The position numbers and the translations under genes were made by a program. Below the pieces are notes generated by a model, which was not told the DNA's origin, did no database searches, and was given only the letters and a program-made list of their open reading frames with translations. A DNA stretch of 64,000 nucleotides from an uncultured Bacteroidota bacterium (GTDB lineage: Bacteria > Bacteroidota > Bacteroidia > Bacteroidales > WCHB1-69), in the NCBI GenBank assembly GCA_902774175.1, contig CACYHG010000025.1, positions 1,141-65,140 on the forward strand, in the 5' to 3' direction. Below, piece after piece: positions 57,554 to 64,000 of the stretch (position 1 is the stretch's first letter; each line of letters opens with the position of its first letter).

Positions 57554-58307
57554 ATGAACGGTTCAGTTCGGCAATCACCTCTTCGGTTATGTCAAATTCC
57601 GGACTGGAATAGACGACGGCGGAACCGCTTGATGTGGCAAAGACATATTTGGCATGGTACTTCCGGTCATTAATGCGGGATGTCACACTGATGATGGAAT
57701 CGGCTATCTCCTTCTGCACGGAGGTCTGCTTGTTGGCCAGGATGGTGGCATATTTCTCCTGCAATGCCTTAAGTGTGGCCGCCTCCTGTGTCAGCTGGGC
57801 CTCCGCATTCTGCATCTGCGTCTTGGTCAGCACCTGGTTCTGCACATTGATCTGGTAATTCTTGTATTTCTCCTCCAACACGGACTGCTTGGACTGTAAT
57901 TCCTTCTGGTACCGTGACGATTCCTCCTCCAGGTCATCCGTGAGGATTTTGACAAGCACGAAGTTGGCAACTATCGAATCGTTGTTGACAGTCAGCATGT
58001 ACGGGGTCTCCCCCTTCTCCATCAAGGAGGCCAGCGCAGGATTGGCCTTGCTGTCCGCACCTTTTTGTGTGAAAAACAGGATGAAAAGGGTTATTACCGC
58101 GGCAAACAGCACAACAAACCCGACAGTTATCCAGCAGCAGCGCTGACGCTTTGGAGCGCTTTTGCATGAGTTTTCCGCCGGAGGGGTTGTCCCGACCGGC
58201 TCCGTCTTAAGTTCGTCCGATGCCACTACAGGCTGCACTTCAGCCACATTTTCGATATTGATGACATCCGCCATCCTCTCCTCGTTCTTTTCCAAATTTA
58301 TTTCCAT
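57525..58307 (-). CDS. OmpH/Skp-like chaperone with N-terminal membrane anchor
   Basis: 260 aa. TM helix (WITVGFVVLFAAVITLFILFF). Gln/Glu-rich coiled coil. C-terminus ...VVYSSPEFDITEEVIAELN is as in the OmpH family. Confidence 0.6.
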   Translation of the reverse strand: MEINLEKNEERMADVINIENVAEVQPVVASDELKTEPVGTTPPAENSCKSAPKRQRCCWITVGFVVLFAAVITLFILFFTQKGADSKANPALASLMEKGETPYMLTVNNDSIVANFVLVKILTDDLEEESSRYQKELQSKQSVLEEKYKNYQINVQNQVLTKTQMQNAEAQLTQEAATLKALQEKYATILANKQTSVQKEIADSIISVTSRINDRKYHAKYVFATSSGSAVVYSSPEFDITEEVIAELNRSYEKTNGKHE

Positions 58308-58331
58308 AAGAATTTTAATGTTATTTCGTTA

Positions 58332-60551
58332 TCAGTTGCCCACATCCGAAAGGAACTTTATGCGCATCAGACGAAGCTCCTCAAGAGTATAGTCATCCTC
58401 GCCAAGCTCCACAAGAGCCTTCTCCAAATCGTCCGACTCGGAGTTCTGCAGGTAATCCATTATCTCCTCCTGACGGCCTTCGTCAATCACTTCGTCAATG
58501 TAATAGTTGATGTCAAGCTTGATACCTGAGATGACAATGCGCTCAATGACTGTCAGCAGTTCGTCCATAGTCAGTTTTTTGGAGGCTGCAATGTCTTCAA
58601 AATCAATTCGGCGGTCTATGTTCTGAATAATGGAGACCTTAAGTCCCGATTTGTTGATGGCCGACTTGACAACCAGATCCTGCGGACGTTCTATCTCATT
58701 ATCCTCCACATATTTCCTGATCAGTGCGACAAAGGGTTTGCCATATTTTTGCGCCTTGCCGATACCCACACCTGTTATTTGGGTCATCTCCTCCAGCGTG
58801 GTCGGATACTGCACGCACATGTCCTCAAGCGAAGTGTCCTGGAAAATGACATACGGCGGCAGGTTCTCCTTCTTGGCAAGTGTCTTCACCATATCCTTCA
58901 ACATGGAATAGAGCGCCTTGTCAACAACGCCACCCTTCTGGCCCATCATCATGTCGGGAGCCTCGTCGTCATCATCGTCCATATCGTCCGAACTGTCCGT
59001 CATCTGGTGCGGTGCAGCAAGAGGTATGGAATAGGGACGTTTCAGGAACTTTTCTCCCAACGTGCTTATCTTTAAAATGCCATAATTTTCTATCTCCTTG
59101 ACAATAAGCTTTGCAAACAACGCCTGGCGGATTACCGCCTCCCAGAATTTCTCATCCCACTCGCGCCCCTCACCAAAGGAAGAAAGGGTGTTGTGCTTGA
59201 ACTTCTTTATGTCGTTTGTCATCTCGCCCCTGATGATGGAGATGATGTGCTTGTCCTTAAACTGTTGCTTTAATTCCCTGATGCAAGTAAGCAGAATAAG
59301 AATATATTCTTTCCCTTCAATCGTCTGGCGGGGATGCAGGCAGTTGTCGCAACATCCGCAATTTTCCTTGTCGTAGGTTTCGCCAAAATAGAAAAGCAGA
59401 TGCCTGCGCCGGCAGAGTGTGGATTCGGCATAGGACATCACCTCCGACAGCAGCTGCCGCGCGATTTCCTGTTCCGCCACCGGTTTGCCCTTTGCCAGGC
59501 GCTCAAGCCTGTTCAAATCCTCATAATCGTAGAAAGCGATGCAGCGTGCCTCACCGTCATCCCGACCGGCACGACCCGTCTCCTGATAGTAGCCTTCAAG
59601 GCTTTTTGGTATGTCGTAATGTATCACATATCGGATGTCGGGCTTGTCGATGCCCATGCCGAACGCAATGGTGGCGACAATCACATCGGCATCCTCCATA
59701 AGGAAACTGTCCTGGTTCTGCATCCGCACAAAACTGTCGAGACCGGCATGGTACGGAAGGGCCTTCACATGGTTAATCTGCAGGAACTCTGCCAGCTCCT
59801 CAACCTTTTTGCGGCTGAAGCAGTATATGATGCCCGATTTGCCCGGATTGCTCTTCACAATTTTCAGGACCTCCTTGTCGACATCAGCGGTCTTTTCGCG
59901 GATTTCATAATATATGTTGGGACGGTTAAAGGATGAGAGGAAGACTTCCGCATCCTGCATCTTCAAATTCTTCTGGATGTCGATGCGCACCTTGGGGGTT
60001 GCGGTGGCGGTCAGGGCCATGACCGGAACCTTCTGTCCGATATTGTCGATTATTTCACGGATTTTGCGGTATTCCGGACGGAAATCGTGACCCCATTCCG
60101 AAATGCAGTGCGCCTCGTCAATGGCGAAAAAGGAGATTTTCAATTGTCGGATCATCTCCACATTCTCCTTTTTTATCAGGGATTCCGGCGCCATATAGAG
60201 CATTTTTGTTTTCCCTGCCAGCAGATCCTCTCTCACCATGCGCAACTCCGGACGGCTTAGCGAGGAGTTATACACATGTGCCGTGGATTCCTCGCTGGTG
60301 AAATTCCGCACTGAATCAACCTGATTTTTCATGAGGGCGATCAGGGGGGAGATGATGATGGCGGTGCCTTCCATCAGCATGGCCGGCAACTGGTAGCACA
60401 GCGACTTGCCGCCGCCGGTAGGCATAATGACAAAGCAGTCTTTACCGTTCATCACACAGTTGATGATCTCCTCCTGCCTCTCCTTGAAATGGTCAAAACC
60501 GAATATCTCCTTTAACGGTTTATGAAGGTCATGTTTTGCTTTCCTCGCCAT
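58332..60551 (-). CDS. recQ: ATP-dependent DNA helicase RecQ
   Basis: PTGGGKSLCYQLPA, DEAHCISEWGHDFRPEY, a Zn-binding Cys cluster (CRRR...CGCCDNC) and a C-terminal HRDC region. 739 aa. Confidence 0.95.
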   Translation of the reverse strand: MARKAKHDLHKPLKEIFGFDHFKERQEEIINCVMNGKDCFVIMPTGGGKSLCYQLPAMLMEGTAIIISPLIALMKNQVDSVRNFTSEESTAHVYNSSLSRPELRMVREDLLAGKTKMLYMAPESLIKKENVEMIRQLKISFFAIDEAHCISEWGHDFRPEYRKIREIIDNIGQKVPVMALTATATPKVRIDIQKNLKMQDAEVFLSSFNRPNIYYEIREKTADVDKEVLKIVKSNPGKSGIIYCFSRKKVEELAEFLQINHVKALPYHAGLDSFVRMQNQDSFLMEDADVIVATIAFGMGIDKPDIRYVIHYDIPKSLEGYYQETGRAGRDDGEARCIAFYDYEDLNRLERLAKGKPVAEQEIARQLLSEVMSYAESTLCRRRHLLFYFGETYDKENCGCCDNCLHPRQTIEGKEYILILLTCIRELKQQFKDKHIISIIRGEMTNDIKKFKHNTLSSFGEGREWDEKFWEAVIRQALFAKLIVKEIENYGILKISTLGEKFLKRPYSIPLAAPHQMTDSSDDMDDDDDEAPDMMMGQKGGVVDKALYSMLKDMVKTLAKKENLPPYVIFQDTSLEDMCVQYPTTLEEMTQITGVGIGKAQKYGKPFVALIRKYVEDNEIERPQDLVVKSAINKSGLKVSIIQNIDRRIDFEDIAASKKLTMDELLTVIERIVISGIKLDINYYIDEVIDEGRQEEIMDYLQNSESDDLEKALVELGEDDYTLEELRLMRIKFLSDVGN

Positions 60552-60584
60552 TTTTATCCTTAAAATTATTTAATTCAACAAATG

Positions 60585-60592
60585 CAAAGGTA
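60585..60592 (-). promoter_or_regulatory. -7 promoter box (TACCTTTG on minus strand) for recQ
   Basis: Plus-strand CAAAGGTA, 34 nt upstream of the ATG at 60551. Confidence 0.45.
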
Positions 60593-60643
60593 CATAAAAA
60601 GCATCAATCCTTTTTATTTTTTTTAAAAAAATTTTTAACCTTC

Positions 60644-63277
60644 TTATTCACTGGCCGTATCATCATTTTGGGTGCTGTTCCTCTCCAACTCCATTTTTCC
60701 GAAACGGAAGGTGATTCCGGCACTTATATAGCGGCTGTTCATGACCTTTTTATTATTGCAACTCAGGTAGTAAGGGTTGGTTGTACCATTGCCGCTGCCC
60801 ACCTTCCGGCCCCAATTGAAAATGTCCTGCACATTAACATACACAGACATCTTTCTTTTGAAAAAATCGGAACGTATGCCGCAATTCACCGAATAATTCG
60901 CCTTTGTTTCGGAAAAAAGGCTCCTGCTTGGGGAGGTGTAGCGCGCAGATGCATGCACCTGGTAACGGTTGAACAGTTTTGCCCATCCGTTCAGCCGGAG
61001 CGAATAGGCGGTGGTCTCCGTATGGACGTTCTTCCCCAGTTTTTCATATTCCATGTCGTAAACGGCATGGTAAAGGTTTGCATAGAAACGCAGGTTAAAG
61101 AAACCGCTCGGACTGTATGTGGCATGGATTGAACTACCGTACCGGTAGGTGGAGCCCATGTTATATGGCATGGAATAGCTGACAATACGGCCAATATAAG
61201 GATCCTCCTCATCGGTGACATCGGTGATGTAGGAGATTTCGTTAGTGGAGAACCTGCCATAGAGATCGCAGCCCACAGAGCCGAACCGGTTGAAGTATTT
61301 GGTCCATCCGGCCTCCATGTTATGTGTGAACGAAGGGGTGAGATTCCGGTTGCCTACGCTGTAGCTGTCCTCCCCATAGCTGCGGAAAAGCGTCATGTAT
61401 GAGGATGAGGGCGTCTGGGTGCGCAATGTGTAGCTGGCCTTCAGGTTATGCATGGACTTTGTGCGGTAGCTCAGATGGATGGAGGGGTTGGCTGTCAGGA
61501 AACGGTAGGATGTGTCATCCGGAAAGACAATGTGCACATAGCGGCGGGAGTTCTCCTTGAAATTCAATCCGGCACCGAGCTGCAGGGTGAAATTCCCCAT
61601 ACGCTGCGTCCAGTTGGCATTGGCCCCCACAGAGCCCTCGCTGTAATGCGAGCTGTATTCACGGAGCGGATCGGACAGGCTGTAGTCATTCTGCATGGAA
61701 TCATACAACAGCTTATGGTACCAGCTTTCCCCTGAATTATAATTTGAGTTGAATCCATAGGACATCTCCCCATTTTTGCTGTAAGGGCGGTTATAACGGA
61801 GCGAAAGGCCGATGTTGCGGGAGTCCGAGTTGGAATGTTGGTATTTGTTCTGGTCCAAATCGTTATAGATTGTCGTATAGTCCCTGAGATAATATTTTTC
61901 AGCATAATTGGAGGAGAGGTTGCCGTTGAGTGAAACATGCAGGTTATGCCCCTTCCGGTCGAACTTGTGGCTGTAGTTCGCATACATCATGCCCCAAAGG
62001 GAATTGGAGCGGTTATCGTTTGTCGTGACATAGCTGTAGGCGTTGCCGCCGGAATAGCGTTCGTCCCTTCCCTCACTGCTTTCAGACCAGGATTTGTCCC
62101 AGGAATTGTTGAGGGAGAGCATGACAGAGGCGTCCGACATGGAATCGATGGTGTAATTTATATGTGTCGAGAGGTAGTTCGAGTAGCTGCGGCTCTCCGA
62201 TGCGGTCGAATAGTCCTCATAGGAGATGGTGTCGTAACTGTCAGGAACCGTTTTGCTGTCGCGCCGGTGGACGGAATAGCCGTCGGAACGGTTCTCACGG
62301 AAGGAATAGCGCAGGCCGTCATAGACGTTGAAGGACCATTTGTCGTTGGCCCAGACATACGAGAGCCACGGATTGACGTTCGGTTGGGTCGAACCGTTGG
62401 CGCCGAAACTGATAAAATGGTTCTTTTTGATGTGCGCCGTGGTGATGATGTTGATGACCGCCTCGGCCTCGGTGGCATATTTTGAGGAGGGGTTGGTTAT
62501 GGTCTCAATCCGGTCAAGGGTGTTGGCCGGAAGAATTTCCAGATAGGTTTTCAGATTTTCGGCAGTCAGCTTTGAAGGTTTGTCATTAATCCAGATTTCA
62601 ACGGATGAAACTCCGCGCAATGTGACGTTGCCCTCAATGTCCACCTCAACTCCGGGTGCGTTCTGCAGCGCATCGGCGGTGGTTCCGGTCTGGATGGAGG
62701 GGTCATCAGCCACATTGTAGACAGTCTTCTCCCCGTCCACACTGTAGATGGGACGCTCCCCTTTGATTGTCACGCCTTTCAGCCGCGTGGTTTCAGACTG
62801 CATCAGTATTTCTCCCAAGTCCACGTGGCTGTTTTTGATTGTGACCGGCCTGAAATAAGCCTTGTAACCTATAAAAGTCGCCCTGAATATGTATTGTCCC
62901 GACGGCAGGTTGGAAAGGGTGAACTTTCCGTTCTCATCGGTGGTTGTAGCTTTGGCGAAGGAGCTGTCCTTCCCGTTCAGCAAAGCCACGTTCACATACG
63001 ACATCGGGGTACGGTTGCTGCTGTCAATAAGAGTACCGTTCACCTTATACACACCGGAAAGATTAACCTTGCGGTTTTTGGTTGTCTGTTGCTGTTGCTG
63101 GCGATCCGGCCTCTCCCTGCCTGAAGGCGGCCCGCCCATTGGTGGCCGTCCGGGAAATCCGCCGGGAGGAGGTCCGCCGGGCTGTGCGCATATTTCGCCG
63201 CATGCCGCCAATAATGCGGCACAAAGTAACATTCTGAAAAATCTATGTCTCATCTCTTTTGCTATTATTTTAATCAT
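60644..63277 (-). CDS. Outer-membrane beta-barrel family protein (TonB-dependent-receptor-like, CarboxypepD_reg N-terminal domain)
   Basis: 877 aa. Signal peptide, a Pro/Gly-rich linker, a carboxypeptidase-regulatory-like domain (VNGTLIDSSNRTPMSYVNVALL), a plug-like segment, and a barrel ending ...ISAGITFRFGKMELE... Confidence 0.75.
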   Translation of the reverse strand: MIKIIAKEMRHRFFRMLLCAALLAACGEICAQPGGPPPGGFPGRPPMGGPPSGRERPDRQQQQQTTKNRKVNLSGVYKVNGTLIDSSNRTPMSYVNVALLNGKDSSFAKATTTDENGKFTLSNLPSGQYIFRATFIGYKAYFRPVTIKNSHVDLGEILMQSETTRLKGVTIKGERPIYSVDGEKTVYNVADDPSIQTGTTADALQNAPGVEVDIEGNVTLRGVSSVEIWINDKPSKLTAENLKTYLEILPANTLDRIETITNPSSKYATEAEAVINIITTAHIKKNHFISFGANGSTQPNVNPWLSYVWANDKWSFNVYDGLRYSFRENRSDGYSVHRRDSKTVPDSYDTISYEDYSTASESRSYSNYLSTHINYTIDSMSDASVMLSLNNSWDKSWSESSEGRDERYSGGNAYSYVTTNDNRSNSLWGMMYANYSHKFDRKGHNLHVSLNGNLSSNYAEKYYLRDYTTIYNDLDQNKYQHSNSDSRNIGLSLRYNRPYSKNGEMSYGFNSNYNSGESWYHKLLYDSMQNDYSLSDPLREYSSHYSEGSVGANANWTQRMGNFTLQLGAGLNFKENSRRYVHIVFPDDTSYRFLTANPSIHLSYRTKSMHNLKASYTLRTQTPSSSYMTLFRSYGEDSYSVGNRNLTPSFTHNMEAGWTKYFNRFGSVGCDLYGRFSTNEISYITDVTDEEDPYIGRIVSYSMPYNMGSTYRYGSSIHATYSPSGFFNLRFYANLYHAVYDMEYEKLGKNVHTETTAYSLRLNGWAKLFNRYQVHASARYTSPSRSLFSETKANYSVNCGIRSDFFKRKMSVYVNVQDIFNWGRKVGSGNGTTNPYYLSCNNKKVMNSRYISAGITFRFGKMELERNSTQNDDTASE

Positions 63278-63306
63278 TAACGCATAAAAAAACGTAATAT
63301 TGTGTG

Positions 63307-64000
63307 TCAGAAAACCGCCTTTACAGTAACTGTACCTGTATGTCGCAAACCCTCCGTTGACAAACGCCCCTCATACTGGCAGTCCAACTGCAGATACTCC
63401 CCCAACCGGACCTGGTAGGAGCCGTTCAGCACCCCGTTAGGCCCGTCCGACAACGCCTCCATCATGGTATATGCGACAGTAGTGTGGCTGTCCCCATGGA
63501 ACTGCAGATGCTCAAAACGGCATTTGACAGCCAGGCTGCCCTGTCCGGTCATGCGGCAGGCGGCCTCACCTTCCACACTGTTGGCAAAAAGGCTCTCAAC
63601 TCCAGATTCGTTCCGCTGCCATCGATAGCTATAGGCTAACGACATGCTCCATCGGGACGAAGCGGCATATTGCAGGCCCAACCGGCTACGTTCCCCGACA
63701 AGACTGTAGTTTCGGGTTGTGAGATATGAGGAGGATGCGCTCTGCCCGCCGCGGGTGAAAGAGGCTCTGGCCTGAAGATTCCTCCAAATCCGGTATCTGG
63801 CGGAAAACTGCCAGCTTTCCGATGAGGTATATTCAAAACCATTGACCGTAAAATATTTGTTCTGCTGCTGCTGGTACAACGCCTCCGCCCCATAGACCGG
63901 ATGTGAGGGATGGAATGAAAAGAGATTCCGGAACTGGAGGCTGCCGCTACGCAAAGAGCTGTCCGACAAATCGCCGCAAACCGGATTCAACAGCACAGCC
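63307..64000 (-). CDS. Outer-membrane beta-barrel protein, C-terminal part (gene continues beyond the window)
   Basis: The frame is open to the window edge. It shows an alternating beta-strand pattern and a C-terminal ...GTVTVKAVF with a terminal Phe. Confidence 0.5.
   Translation of the reverse strand, partial: AVLLNPVCGDLSDSSLRSGSLQFRNLFSFHPSHPVYGAEALYQQQQNKYFTVNGFEYTSSESWQFSARYRIWRNLQARASFTRGGQSASSSYLTTRNYSLVGERSRLGLQYAASSRWSMSLAYSYRWQRNESGVESLFANSVEGEAACRMTGQGSLAVKCRFEHLQFHGDSHTTVAYTMMEALSDGPNGVLNGSYQVRLGEYLQLDCQYEGRLSTEGLRHTGTVTVKAVF

Overview
This 64-kb chromosomal window looks like a Bacteroidales genome. The lineage call is inference only and rests on four things: Bacteroidetes-type -7 promoter boxes (TAnnTTTG) in front of many genes, a T9SS C-terminal sorting domain, a 286-aa primary sigma factor, and an hmu-type haem operon. 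Content from left to right: (1) 1-5345: an imelysin / di-haem DUF1111 / CcsBA cytochrome-c maturation cluster. (2) 5410-19163: a ~13.75-kb island of mostly co-oriented defence genes. It holds Type III Res, an AlbA_2/Schlafen-HATPase protein, a PHP-SMC-like ATPase resembling Ppl/TrlF, Type III Mod, an AT-rich two-gene cassette of unknown function, an RloB-like protein, an ABC-type AAA ATPase and DUF2188. The island is bounded by 58-bp direct repeats that duplicate the 3-prime end of the last hmu gene. Inside it are relics of mod and res 5-prime ends that mark nested cassette insertions. No recombinase is present. (3) 19168-30219: an hmuY-R-S-T-U-V-like haem locus. It is split by a ~2.3-kb AT-rich insertion, carries a duplicated promoter module, and has a frameshift in the CobN-like hmuS. 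(4) A hemerythrin-like protein plus a pseudo-receiver LuxR regulator. (5) A GHMP sugar kinase, a GT4 glycosyltransferase and a DsrC/DsrM/DsrK-like module. (6) A frameshifted T9SS surface protein. (7) A housekeeping block: rsmA-sbcD-sbcC, metK, rpoD, HtrA-like protease, eno, rfbD, fabD, lpd, ilvE, recQ and outer-membrane proteins. I recognised no rRNA, tRNA, CRISPR array, transposase or integrase. Long ORFs antisense to the listed genes are judged spurious.
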